A DNA stretch of 63,611 bases, filler included, from Sphacelaria rigidula (Eukaryota), in assembly GCA_964200075.2 (NCBI GenBank). It is 11 parts of 11 records of this genome, joined end to end, with 100 filler letters (N's around TTAATTAATTAA, not from the genome) between each part and the next. Parts side by side here need not be neighbours in the genome. Positions count along the whole stretch, not along the records: positions 1 to 5,692 come from CAXNAA020025206.1; positions 5,793 to 11,484 come from CAXNAA020025207.1; positions 11,585 to 17,276 come from CAXNAA020025208.1; 8 more parts are not named here. One strand, 5' to 3'. Shown one piece after another: positions 1 to 11,956 of this stretch. Numbering within the stretch: the first letter of the stretch is position 1; the number at the start of each line of letters is the position of its first letter. Position numbers and translations under genes: made by a program. The notes beneath the pieces are model-generated. The model was given only the letters and a program-made list of their open reading frames with translations. It did not search any database and was not told the origin of the DNA.

Positions 1-1172
1 AGGACACACAAAGGACACGGGCGAGGAGCTTCCTCTCTGTCGTTGCTTCTCTCTCTGGTGATATCGCCATCGACACGCGTGTACACCGCATTCGTTGGGT
101 GCACCTAGCCCGAACTGCCCAACTTCTCCTGCGGAGTGTTGGGGGGAAATACCTTCCTTTTGTGTCACTGTTTTGTATTTTCCCCACGAAAGCGATTTGC
201 GGGTTGAACCTCATTTTATAGTCCAACCCCAAAAATTAGGGTCGGCTGTCAAGTGGGTGATCATAGAGCACCCTTCTCCTTTGTGGGTTCATATGTCGCC
301 CCCGGGGGTAACGCGTGACCTCGTCACATCGGAATTCATTCTTCAAAGCTTCTGTAGCGAGGTGCTCACGCAGCCAGCGCGTGATCCAGGTTGCAGCATG
401 GATGCACCCCTCTGCACCACCTCGCGACGGTTAGATCACTACCACAGGTATTTGTTTTCACTCCGCATGTCAAGGAGGTCTCCACAAGTGTTTGATGTCT
501 CATACACCCCCCCGCCCTAACTGGCGTCTCGTACGCTGTCGTCGTTGGGCACCCAAAGGGTCGCTCACATACATGCCGGATAAAATCAACGATGAATAAC
601 ACCCCCCCAAGTTCAAATTGGATATATCTATTCTTTTCGCCGCACCACCGCCCTTGCTGGCATATGTGTGGCAGAGAACGGTAGTAGCGGTGACGGGAAC
701 ATTGCCCTATTTTTCAACGACATGTTTTTCAGCGCACAGAGGCGCGTCCTGTCCAAAAGGAGGGGCAGAGAGAAATCGATCTTCGCTTTTGTGAGTTCGA
801 CAGGCAATTGTGAGACGAGAGAAAATGTGTCCGCAGCTCGATGTTTCGGCACATGGAAAAATTGGGACATGCTGGTAAGATCGATGATGCCACTTTCTCG
901 AGCGATTGGTAATCGCCGAGCGAGGACACAAAAAGGACACGGACGAGGAGCTTCCTCTCTGTCGTTGCTTCTCTCTCTGGTGACATCGTCATCGACACGC
1001 GTGTACACCGCATTCGCTAGGTGCACCTAGCCACAGCTGTTAAACTGCTGCGGACATTTGGGGGGGAAATAGCTTCGCTCGGCCGTAAGTGTTTCGCGTC
1101 TTCCCTGCAAAAGAGAAATGTCACTTCAACCTCATTTTCGAGATGGACCCCATTTTTTAGGATCCACTGTTG
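1..1172. mobile_element. Two adjacent copies of a non-autonomous dispersed repeat (about 1-250 and 360-1172)
   Basis: 1-108 is near-identical to 922-1030 and similarity continues to about 250/1172. The same family occurs reverse-complemented at about 40545-41110, and its end occurs at about 63540-63597. Confidence 0.75.
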
Positions 1173-1181
1173 TATGTCGCG

Positions 1182-1702
1182 TGTGACGGTGTAAGAGACA
1201 ACCAACTAGACTACTGGACAGTCAGCGCTGACTGGTCAGTAGTCTAGTCGGTTGTCTCTTACACCGTCACAAAAGTGAGTCGTGGGGTTTGATCTCCGTC
1301 ACTTTTACTCCGAGGAGGGCGACTCGCATTGCCAGAGCTCTATCGACTGCCATCAGGTTTTCTAGTTTTGTCGCTTCTCATCGCACGCTTGCGTTTCCCG
1401 TCTCCCTCGCTCATTCCCAGAGTGTGTGCACTGCGGTCTTCAGCAGTACACTCCAAACATAGCCACCAGGCTATATCCCACCCTTTTTTCTTTTGGGCCA
1501 ATTCTTTACAGAGGTTTTCTCTCCTTGGGGCCAATTTTTTATCATAGGTTTTCTCTCCTCTTTTTTCTTCAGAGAAAGTGCGTCCGACGGGAATCGAACC
1601 AGCGACTAAATTTTGTGACGGTTTAAGAGACAACCAACTAGACAAGTGACCAGTCAGCGCTGGCTGGTCAGTAGTCCAGTTGGTTGTTTCTTAAACCGTC
1701 AC
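1182..1702. mobile_element. tRNA-derived (SINE-like) element with ~90-bp palindromes at both ends
   Basis: Near-perfect palindromes at 1182-1271 and 1615-1702 are both centred on AGCGCT. Pol III A-box-like GTAGTCTAGTYGG; B-boxes GGTTCGATTCC (minus, 1590-1600) and GGTTTGATCTCC (plus, 1286-1297). Confidence 0.75.
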
Positions 1703-2049
1703 TCGCCCCGGGCCAGTCCCAGCCACTACCATTCCTGTTTTCAAGTAGACGTACACGACTTGCTTCTCGGTATGCCATAGACTGCAAGTTGAAAACTGCT
1801 GTTTCTCGGGCAGACAAGAGACAGTGTCAAGCGTCAAGCAACTGTATGCTGGGCCGAGGGGCTCCATATGGGGAAATGACGGCACCACCACCTCCCAGGT
1901 CGCCCAAACCCCATTCTGGGGCGTAGGGGGGAAGGGGGGGGACCCCTGGGTACCCTCTTTGAGGAGGGGGGGATGCCTCCCTGATCGACGGATAATGGCG
2001 ATAGCAGTTGCTGCGTGTGTGCGCATCGGTCTTCAGAGCACAGATCTTT

Positions 2050-3070
2050 GTACAAGTACAGCACATAAAACACACTGATTGCTGCTGTATTCGACACTGC
2101 GTACCAACCGCAGCGTGACGCCTTCAGCGGTACTCCATGCTCACTGCACAGCGGCAGGGTGCAGGGTGACAAGGCACACCGCAGGACGTGACATCCTTAG
2201 CCTATCCCTGTCCCGCATTGATTTCGCGTTGTCCTACGCAGTTCGCCACATCATGAACGTAGCCGCTGGTAGCTGCGGCCAACGTGTACGCAGGATATCA
2301 CGCCTCGCTACGTGCTATGTCGCCACGTCGCATTTTGTAAAGCTGTCCGTGTTGCAGCTACAGCGTGCGTTTGCCCCAGGTGGCGCACGCAGGAGTGAAA
2401 GATCGCCTCCGCCGCTGTAATGGCTGCCTGTATCTTGGGTGAAGCTGTATGGTAACACAGCCGCCGCTGGTGCGCCCACAAATACCGAAAGGTGGAGACC
2501 GGCGTCCAGCATAGATGGGACGACAACACACACAACACACTCTGTGCGCAGTACACTTTCAACATCGTGCTCGTACTGACTGTGGAAATCTTTGTCCACG
2601 GTTGGGTACATTTTCACATATAATGCAGGGTCTGGTACATCTCCACTTATAATGTAATGCAGGATCTGGTACATTTCCACATTTAAATGTATATAATGTT
2701 ACTCAGTGATATCGGGAAAAAAATCCGCAACATCTAGGCGAACTGCAGGTGATGCAATCGTTGAAATATAAATATTCATCTGCAAACTCCGCTCCAGTGC
2801 ACGGTAAGTTGATATCGCTAGAAAGACCCTACCATAACCACCTTGCCGGCTGCCAAACTGTCGGGACGTAGGATCCGCTAGCATTCTACTGTCTGTACGG
2901 GGATGTCGCCCGTTGTCGGGGTACATGGGGAAGGGTCCGTGGCAGAACGCAGTGGTCACGTCAAGCAGCTTCACGCTGGCCGTTCTCACTCAAGATTTCG
3001 ATTTGGAGGGCGACACTAGGTAGGCAGCAGCAGCTGCTGTGTGTCCAGGTGCCCCTTGAAGCAGGTTGCG
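2050..3070 (-). pseudogene. Decayed long reading frame of unknown family
   Basis: ORFs 2990-3172, 2699-2989 and 2315-2680 share one frame, which continues to about 2050 with only about 5 isolated stops. No motif recognised. Confidence 0.35.
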
Positions 3071-4845
3071 TTTGGTTTCTGTTTGACAACGTCCTCCCCC
3101 CCAAACCGACATCAAAAGGGATTTCAGAGTGGAAGAATCTAGCAAAACAAAGTCGCAAAGATCGAGTCGCAAAAATCAAGTCGGAAAAACCCGGTCAGGC
3201 GAACTGTTACCCGCAGCAGAAACCAAATTCACTTCGTGAAAATGGAATACTCGACTTCGCGGCAGCGGTGAGTACTATGGCGGTACTGATGACTCAAACA
3301 GCCTCGCCGCCAACGACGACTTGACGTCGACAGAGCAAGGCAAGAGCGTCCAAGACGAAAACTTGGTGCCATCATGAACGACAAGATGGACAAGGTTCAG
3401 TCGTGGCCGACAAATACACACGTTACCCCACAACGAAAGATAAAAATCCCGACAAATCGATCAAACCACCAAACGCAGACACCAAACCGATGACCGCATG
3501 GAAACAGTGCAAACTACAGAACACCCCCGACCTCGTGCGACACTCGTGCATCTACTACTCACTCAAGATTCCCCTGCCAATCTATCATCAATCCCTTCAT
3601 TCAAAGCCATATCCCCCCGCCCCTTTCTCTCCCCTCCTCCTGCGAGAGAGCTTACCAAACACGGGTATCAACATGTCCACAGGTCTTCAACGATCGAGAC
3701 GCATACATGCTTTGGCTCGAGAAACGGAAGGGTAACGTATACTTCGTACGTGACAACCTCTGTAAGCACGAATACCAACACCGTATCAATAAATACGGCA
3801 ATTCCAACGTCCACACACATCATATGCCCACGCTGCGCACGTCATCCGGTACTCTAAAGGCCTATCGTTTGTCGCCCATCCTCCCGCCTTACAGGCGAAG
3901 AAAAAGGCAGATAAAAGAGTGGCAGAAAATGCCCGGGTTCACATGAGCGTGAGTCTCGTGGGGAGGGAATTAATGGAGTGACAGCAGAACTCATCCTTTG
4001 CTTCCCCCCTATGTCGATTTTCCCCGTCATTTTCTCCTGTTTGGTGTAGGGCAACAGCTACAGAGAGCGTTATATGATCTTTCGTCATCGGCACATTTCC
4101 ACCAATACAAGGTGAAAAACGGTTCAACTAAGGCACAGTCGGCTGAAAAAAATTCAAGCAACCCCACCTTCTTACACTCCACCAACTTTCGACACACTCG
4201 TTGAACAGCTGAAATTGATTTCTTCATATATGCTGATCCCGTGCACAATGTATGCAGCACTTGAGAAACGAAGACGGGGACCATATTCCTTGCAGTCGAG
4301 TCCAATCTTTCTCTTAACGAAGCAGCTGCCACATGTTCGTTCTCGGCGCACAAAGCTAAAAAACAAAATGATGGGTGTAGTCACTCCCTTTCCTATGATT
4401 CCACCCCCGTCCCGCACACCCTTCGTTTCGACACAAACGAGGAGAAATAGTATCAATAACGTAGAAACCCAACCGGTATGACAGTGGTGATGGCAGCTAC
4501 CGTGGTTTACGCAGAATACTACCTCCCTTGGGTGACCAGTGATTGAGCCCTGAAAACTCGTTATTTGGAGGGTGGTATACAGCGTACCCCAAAACAGCAC
4601 GGTAGATATTGACATGCTACTGAAAAGGGTCGAACACACATCATCAGGAGGTGTTGAGAAAACTACCGATGGTAAACTGCGTGGCATACGATGTCTACCG
4701 CAGCAGCGAGTGCAAAAATGAAAATTATTTTTGTACGCGAATATACATTACTTCGCAATACCCTGCACCATTGACTGGTCACATATTTTGGTTTCAAAAT
4801 CGCTGCTCTTTCATAGAAAAAACCGCTTCACTATCGCCACCAATA

Positions 4846-5172
4846 TTATCCGTAGTGATCGATCCCCAGAGCGGTTGGGAGGTCCGTCAATTTCTGGACG
4901 CCCCCGGAAACTTCCTCGGGCGCGCAGTACCGTTGCTTGTACGCGGCCTGCGCAGTGTTCAAGCTCCTTAGCATGGAGCACATCTGATACCCGTTACGCG
5001 TCCTAGCCTGGACTGTCATATTTTCCTGCTTGTTCGGATGGATGCGCACTAGACCCATCGGGCTAGTGAGATAATCGGGGGGCGGTAGCTTGAGGGAGTT
5101 CGCCGTACAAGTGAAGAAGCTGCAAAGGGCCTGGTGTCGCTTGGCGAAGAAGTACGTACCCACGCGATACAC
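4846..5172 (-). CDS. Possible terminal exon, unknown protein (VYRVGTYFFAKR...LGIDHYG*)
   Basis: Acceptor ttttgccacacAG followed by an open frame with GC3-rich codons ending in TAA. No family recognised. Confidence 0.3.
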   Translation of the reverse strand: MYRVGTYFFAKRHQALCSFFTCTANSLKLPPPDYLTSPMGLVRIHPNKQENMTVQARTRNGYQMCSMLRSLNTAQAAYKQRYCAPEEVSGGVQKLTDLPTALGIDHYG

Positions 5173-5692
5173 CTGTGTGGCAAAAGTCACCGCGACCATG
5201 ACGACGTGGGAACAGCCAATATTATGCTACGAATGATTCCAATGTACATGGAGTAGTGGAGCATGACAGTGGGGAGATGGTGCCCAGAAGAACAGTAGTA
5301 GTGTGCGTGTGGGGGGTCTTGTTTGGGGTGAGGGGGAACGCGTACTCATTTGTTGCTTGCCTTAGCCGTTTGACCATTGGGCACGCATCCCTTTTGAGAC
5401 GAAGCACCGTTCCTACTCCTCATAGAGACACTGGGGTCTTGTTGGGGGGGCGGGGGGGGGAGTTCGTCATGCTTGAAGTAGAGTAGAGCCAGCAGCACCC
5501 TTCGCCAGAAAAATCAAAAATATACCAAAGCAAGATACATCTTCTGCGTATATACCCAGCAACTGAGTTCATGCGTCCCCTTATTCATGTTTCATGCACG
5601 CAGTTCGTCATTGCTTTCATCAGGGCAATGGCCTACAAAAGGTATACCTTCTCGTTTTTTGCCTAAGAAAGGTACGAAAAATGGCCAGAAAC

Positions 5693-5792
5693 NNNNNNNN
5701 NNNNNNNNNNNNNNNNNNNNNNNNNNNNNNNNNNNNTTAATTAATTAANNNNNNNNNNNNNNNNNNNNNNNNNNNNNNNNNNNNNNNNNNNN
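5693..5792. other. Artificial contig linker N44-TTAATTAATTAA-N44 (first of 10; others at 11485-11584, 17277-17376, 23069-23168, 28861-28960, 34653-34752, 40445-40544, 46237-46336, 52029-52128, 57821-57920)
   Basis: An identical 100-nt spacer with a six-frame stop cassette recurs every 5792 nt. Contigs are 5692 nt (last 5691), consistent with length-sorted unplaced contigs. Confidence 0.99.
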
Positions 5793-7936
5793 AGCCAGCG
5801 GTCTCTGACCTCATGCCCGCACATATCGAGAACTGTCTATGTGACACATTTTTGGATGGTGCGAATGATGTTGGGCAAGAGAAATTGCTCTCTGCGCTGC
5901 GAAAGCATGCATCTTATGCATCGCCGAGTGTGGTGCAAGATAGTGTGAAGGTCGGCGGCGGTGGAGACAGGCACGACGTTTTGACGGGCAAGAAGGCGAC
6001 ACAACATTGGCCTGTCCGAGTGCGCAGGCATGAGAGTGCTAGAGGCGTTGCCGCTATTACCGTCAAGAAGCAAGCCGGACAGGAGGTGGCGGTTGTAGCG
6101 AGTATGGGTGATACTGCTGCTGCTGGCGATGTTGAGAGAGCGGGGCCTACATGGGCCAATGAGCAAGTACTGGTGGTTACTTGTTGCCGCCGGACCAGCG
6201 CGTAGCTGGGGATACTTCTTGCATGCTCGAAGCTGCAGGGGGGTGTTATTCGCGTATGGCGAGCGAGCAGGGTGAGCTTTGAGCTTGCCGTGCTCATGGT
6301 GAATCTATCTGCGCCAGTGGCATGGCGGGAGATCGTTCAGATGATATGCAGGGGTGTCTGCTTCAAGAACAGATGGATGCCGGGTTGGCGGAATTGCCAC
6401 CGGAGCAGCGCGTAGCTGTGGACACGCCTTGCATGCTCGAAGCTACAGGGGGGTGTTATTCGCGTATGGCGAGCGAGCAGGGTGAGCTTGGGGCTTGCCG
6501 TGCTCATGGCGAATCTATCTGCGCCAGTGACATGGTGGGAGATCGTTCAGATGATTCGCAGGGGTGTTTGCTTGAAGGACAGGTGGATGCAGGGCTGGCG
6601 GAATTGCCGCCGGGGCAGTGCGTAGCTGTGGACACGCCTTGCATGATCGAAACAATAGGGGCGTGTGACCTGCGTGAAGCGGGTACGCAGAGCAAGCTGC
6701 AAGCTCTTGATGCTGTTAGCGATCACAGTTCTACGACGAGCGTCGCGTGGTGCTGGGGTGGTCTTGTGCACTGCTCTATGTATGATGCATGACAGGTTTG
6801 GCGTATTTCGCGGCGTTGATCGCGGTGTCTTTGCCACTGTACGGTCAGGTGCTGGAGGAGGATGGCGTGATGCCATCGGAAGGTGTTCATGTGCGGGACT
6901 GTATGAATGTTCCCGTTTTGCCTCTTTTTTCGTCTGTAAAAGCGACTGAAGAACGAGCGTCCGTGAATGCGCAAGCATCTGTGGGGGCGGAGGATCTGTC
7001 GCATCGGTTTGGCGATGCGAGTACACCTTTGAGAGGCGTGTTGAGCAAGACTGAAGGTGTAAGGAGGGAGTGTCCGAGAGGAAAGGCTGCTCTACGCTGT
7101 GCACGGGGTTGTGGTTCGAGTGCTGCTGTTTCTCAGTAGCGGCCTGGGGAACTACAAAAAAGGCATTACCTGAGGTGTTTGCTGCTGTGGTGAGCGCCGA
7201 GTTGGGTACTGATGTCAAGGAGCAAGTGCTGTGGTGATTGAGTGCTTGTTGAGAAGGAGGAAACACACTGTGACTGGTATTCGCGAATCGTTTTGAGAAT
7301 GATTTCAGCTTGTTATTGTGTGGTTTGTGGTCATGTTTGCGCATGAGACATGGTTGTTGAGCGAGTATGATCGTATCGCGTGTGCAGGGTGCAACTCTGG
7401 CGTACACGTGGGCATTTGGCATGTGTGTGTTGTGCTGATATGGTTGGCATGGGCGATGCATGGTGTTTGCTGCGAGGAAGGTGGTATTCCATGTGCTGAG
7501 TAAAATATTGGCATGCATGTGCGGATTCTCATATGCTAAGTGGAATTTTGGCGGGAATATGCGAATTTTTGCTCGAATGGTACTGATATGCAAAGTACCT
7601 GGTGACGACCTAGTGTGGGGCAGTTTTCAATATACTGCTGTATGCTAATTGAAGAGAAGCTCGTATAATCTTGTTCGCGCAGGAACACAGTCTAGCCACC
7701 ATTATTACCTAGAGACATTGCGTGCGTGGAGTTGCGGGTCTGATTGCCGGACTCTGTGACGGTTGACCTCCATGACGAGTAGGCTTGATTTGCTACTCTG
7801 TTGGGGGGAGGCTATGGCCCTGTTCTTCTGTTCTATGCTGAAGGTTAATATACGAATAACTCAAGCTGCTGAAGTCCATGTGCCCGTGATGGGAGGAGTC
7901 CACATGGCAATCTGATGTTGAGTGATAGAAGTCTAC
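5793..7936 (+). mobile_element. Degenerate retroelement fragment: Gag-like segment, 210-bp tandem repeat, putative PPT/LTR
   Basis: SDLMPAHIENCLCDTF matches the Gag-like segments at 10623-11006 and in the Gypsy Gag (EELVPRHVQDCLSDT). Purine run GGGGGGAGG at about 7803. Ends AAGTCTACA at the breakpoint of the Gypsy RT. Confidence 0.5.
6184..6662 (+). repeat. Tandem repeat, 210-bp (70-codon) unit, about 2.3 copies
   Basis: Unit starts at 6184, 6394 and 6604. It translates as repeated GDRSDDxQGCLLxxQxDAGLAELPPxQxVAVDTPCM. Confidence 0.9.
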
Positions 7937-10313
7937 AGACAACCTCGTGGGGGTGAAAAGTCCGTCGGGAGTCGCAATGGTGAAACGTTTTTAAGCTTCA
8001 GCCGCTAGTGGCATCTGCCCGTACCCCTGCAGCATGTTAAGCTTCCCAAAACACGATGCACCCTACAAATCGGCCATTTCCGTCTCACGATTCGGCATAA
8101 CACCGGGAACCTTCTCGAGCTGCCTGTTGACTGCTCTGTATTCACTCACCAGAAGATAGCTGCCCTTCTTGGGCGCAGCCATAGCTGCGCCTGCCCACAC
8201 CCCCTGGATATTGCGGAATACCAAGCCCAGCACCACCAGCGTACCCATGCACCCTGCCAACCAGCTCTTCTTCACTGGAGAGTATGTTCTCGGGCTCGCC
8301 TTGACTGCTTTAGCCCCCGGTTTGAATCGTACCGGCAAAGTCTCCATGCGAGCAGCCGGATCAACTCGCAACGCTCGTCGAAAAACATTGGTCCGACGAC
8401 TGATAATTTCTCGTAGCTTGCTCACCCCGTTCTCCGACATGCCATTATCCGCCGCAGCTTGCACCGCCTCCTCCAGCGCTACTTTGCGCTCAACAAGCTC
8501 TTGCTCTGGTGGCATAAACATATCCGGACCCCGTGACACCAATCACTCGACAGATGAATCCACCGGTTTCCTGTGACCGGTCGTCTCCCGGAGCTCCTCC
8601 AGCGCGTGACTCACACGCCTGCACTCGCGGAACTCAGGCGTCTCGATACCCCGCAAGGAGTGGTGTTTTCCTTGCGCGCATGCGCCCAGAACATTGTAGA
8701 TATTGATGCCGATTTCCGTCAGAGTTTTGCGCCCGATAATAACCACATCATCAACGCCGGGCATAATCGCATACCGGCAGGACTCAAGCACCACCGGCCC
8801 CCACCTCGTGTGGAGTGCCGTACGAACCAGACACGTTTTCGAGTGCATGGTTTTTACGTTGCCGTCAACCAGTCTTGCCGAGTGTCCACGTGCCATTGTT
8901 GTGACAATTGACTTTGCAGGAAACGCGTTTTCAAACTGCGTCGCCAACCGTTCGGACATAATGGTTATTCCAGCTCCAGAGTCCAACACAGCCTTGACCG
9001 GACAGACTGTCTGTACGGCGAAACCTGGGACAGACAAAACAGCTCGGCAGCATTGCTGCCTATTTTCCACATCCAAACCCTCGGCCTCCAGCTCTGCCAC
9101 CTCGGAAGCAGTGTGTAAGCCCCGCCACGCCGGCATTGCCGCCGATGTCCACTGCTGAACTGTTTCTGTCGACGGCAGAGGCTGTACTGTAGGAGCCGGA
9201 ACAGCCAGCTTGGGCTGCAGCGTACTATCAGCACCGTTGATGCCCCCTTGACGGCCATCCCTTGGAAAGACAGCCCAGGTAGGGGTAGGACCCTGGCTCC
9301 CGCCCCGCGGAGCTTGCGCCGTTTGCTGTTGTTGTTGCCGTGGCTGTACTTGTCCGCCATCCCCACCTCCGGTAGCTGCAGGCTTGTTTTTCTTGTTACA
9401 ATCTTGCCTAAAATGACCTTTGTCCCCACAGTCGAAACATCCTGCGTAATCAGGGCCGGGTCTCCGAGATTTTCAGAATTTCGATCCGCTATGACCCGAT
9501 ACAACGGTCGCGGCTGCAGCGCTAGCTGGCGTCGACAGCTTCTTCTTTCCTTGCGAATCCACCTCCTTGTTCTTGAGCGGTGGAGCGGATCGGCTCTAAT
9601 TATCAACCTCCTCGACAGTTCGCCACAGTTCCGCCACCTCACGAGCGGTATCGTGAACAAATTTCGGTTGCTCTTTCGACCCCCCCGTCATTTCCGGTTT
9701 GTTTTGGACTTTTATTTTGAATTCCGGAGGGGTCAGGCCGACAATCATGGCTCTAGTGATAATGTGTGCCGGGCCTGGTTTATAGGTACGGACCATTTTG
9801 CGGAAAACACGCGCTGCACCCTCATTTTCCTTGAAATATTCTTGCAAGGCACTCCGCGGTCCTTCCACTCGACGCATGGCAGTTGAATCGGATCGTCCAG
9901 CAAGTGCCTTTTTTACACCGGCTGCGGCCTCAGTTGGATCCACTTCCATTCCTACCCAGCATTTTGCATGCCGTGCGATCCCTTCCCTAATCCGGGCGTT
10001 AAAGAGTTAGTTCAGTGCCATCAAAAATAGTGTCTGACAAACAGTCTTGTACATGCCGAGGCACTAGCTCCTCCATGGTCAATAGTGCGCTCCTTACAGT
10101 TCGAGTCTTGTTTCGTCGCAGAACAGCCTTTTGTATTCCTGACATTTCTTTCTGCAGGAACCGTCGCGATGCTTGCTCACTGAACAAGAAGCGCCCATAT
10201 TCAGGCGCCTTGAGTGATCCCCTCGTAATCAAATACGTCACATTGAACTTCACCTCTTCGTCGTACCCCTCCTTGCCAGAGTCAGACTCCTTGCTCACTT
10301 TCGTTCGCGCCAT
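7937..10313 (-). mobile_element. Ty3/Gypsy LTR retrotransposon remnant (gag - CCHC knuckle - aspartic protease - N-terminal RT), pseudogenised
   Basis: Gag ORFs 9999-10313 and 9596-9949; zinc knuckle CFDCGDKGHFRQDC at 9398-9439; protease AVLDSGAG (DSG 8975-8983); RT motifs SPRTYSP, KKGSYLLVSEYRAVN and GKLNMLQGYGQMPL...TIATPDGLF. Interrupted by stops and truncated at about 7937. Confidence 0.9.
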
Positions 10314-10622
10314 TTTTCAAACGCTTCCTGCACTCCGTGCTCCGTCGTATCTACCCCCGTTTTATTCAACAAGCGTCCTCGCTTTTTGTAGGGTTCAACG
10401 ACGCCGCTCAGGAACCACAAGTTTCTTGAGTAAACGTTTAATATAGACTTGTCTGGAATCAGAATAAGGTCTAAGTGCTTGCTCCAAAGGCTTCCTCCCC
10501 AGCAGAACTTCATTAAACCTGAAGTAAACTTCATGGGCTGTACTCACGAACACGATATGTTACGCATCCAACAGTAATCCTCCAACCAATTATCCAGGAT
10601 CCACCGCAAATCTATATGTTGA

Positions 10623-11006
10623 ATGTATACTGTAGGTGGACTACTCTACATGCCGCAACAATATGTCATCAATGGCCGCGCTGTCCCTGTAAGATTTCTG
10701 AATATGCCATATAACGGTCGAAAACTTTCGAGTAAAAAATCTGCCCAGTTTCTGCGGCAGTATGAGGACTACATTCGTGAGGTGCGCACAGCGAAATGCG
10801 CGTCAAGAATAGACTAGAGCGTTGTGGACGAGCCAACGATTTCTGACCTCATGCCTAGGCATATCGAGCACTGTTTGTGTGACACGCTCTTGAATCATGC
10901 TCATCTCGCTAGGCACGAAGAATTGTTCTTTTCGTTGCGCAAGTATGCGTCCTATGCATCGTCGAGTGTGGTGCACGACAATGTGAAGGTCGAAATGATC
11001 ACATAG
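10623..11006 (+). mobile_element. Gag-like N-terminal fragment, same family as 5793-5960
   Basis: FLRQYEDY...PTISDLMPRHIEHCLCDTLL...SLRKYASYASSSVVHDNVKV, with one in-frame stop. Confidence 0.55.
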
Positions 11007-11243
11007 GATGAGTCGTGACAAAATGGTCGGAGAAGTCACACGCGCGGACTGATTCCAGTACAAGTAAGTATCCTGTAGTTCAATTGGTCTCATACGGATC
11101 TTTCGTCGTGTATGTGCCCTCTTTTCGCGTTGATGTTTTGTTTCTTGCCTTTTTCTGCGGGCTGTTTGGGTTATGGATATGGGTGCTATGCTCCTTGCAC
11201 TCTGTGACCACGGGTTCGAGAGATCGAGCTAATGTGACGGATA

Positions 11244-11450
11244 TAATAACAATAATAGGGATGATAATAATAATGATAATAATGATGATAATAATGATGA
11301 TAATTATGATGATAATTATGATGATAAATAATGATAATAATAATAATAGTAATAATAATAATAATAATAATAACAATAATAATGATAACAATAATAATAG
11401 TAATAATAAAAATAATAACAATAACAATAATAATAATAATAATAATAATT

Positions 11451-11481
<31 letters not shown>

Positions 11482-11484
11482 TAA
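11244..11484. repeat. (AAT/GAT/AAC)n microsatellite running into the contig end
   Basis: Directly visible. Confidence 0.97.
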
Positions 11485-11625
11485 NNNNNNNNNNNNNNNN
11501 NNNNNNNNNNNNNNNNNNNNNNNNNNNNTTAATTAATTAANNNNNNNNNNNNNNNNNNNNNNNNNNNNNNNNNNNNNNNNNNNNCACCGACCGTGTTCGT
11601 TGGTGTTCCTTACGAAATGAATCGA

Positions 11626-11956
11626 GGGGGGGGGGGCGGGGGCGTGTAGTGATGATCCTACACGCCGTAGTCATATGGCTATTAACCTCGCATCCCTACA
11701 AAGCCGGGACGGAGCACGCCGGGTTCCGCCGAACCAGACTCGCTATCAATCACCAAGCGCGAAGCGCCGTGATGTGTTCGGCGAGTCACATGAAGGGTGA
11801 GCTACGCCCTGCTAAAATTGTTCGGCCCGAAGTGTACCAATGATGTTGTATATGGATGACAGCCTTACATGAGTTGCTTCATTTTCTGGTGTAACCATTT
11901 CCAGAGACAGCCACGGGTTACACTGCCTCATGGGTGTCTCACCACAGGAGGGGGGA
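11626..11956. mobile_element. ~330-bp dispersed repeat bounded by G-runs at both ends
   Basis: Partial copies at 28817-28860, 47707-47810, 51893-52028 (reverse), 52129-52323 and about 56620-56682. Confidence 0.8.

Noticed and set aside
85..108. Helitron 3' end (hairpin plus CTAG) at 108 and 1030
   Set aside because: Similarity between the two copies continues about 140 nt past CTAG, so it is not the terminus.
1575..1660. Functional tRNA-Asp gene
   Set aside because: The anticodon and acceptor stems do not pair properly. It is embedded in a palindromic repeat, so it is treated as SINE-derived.
6547..7593. 348-aa minus-strand ORF
   Set aside because: His/Gln/Thr-rich antisense shadow of TG-rich retroelement sequence, with no motif.
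11015..11540. Poly-Asn, poly-Ile and poly-Leu ORFs
   Set aside because: Translations of an AAT microsatellite running into the linker.
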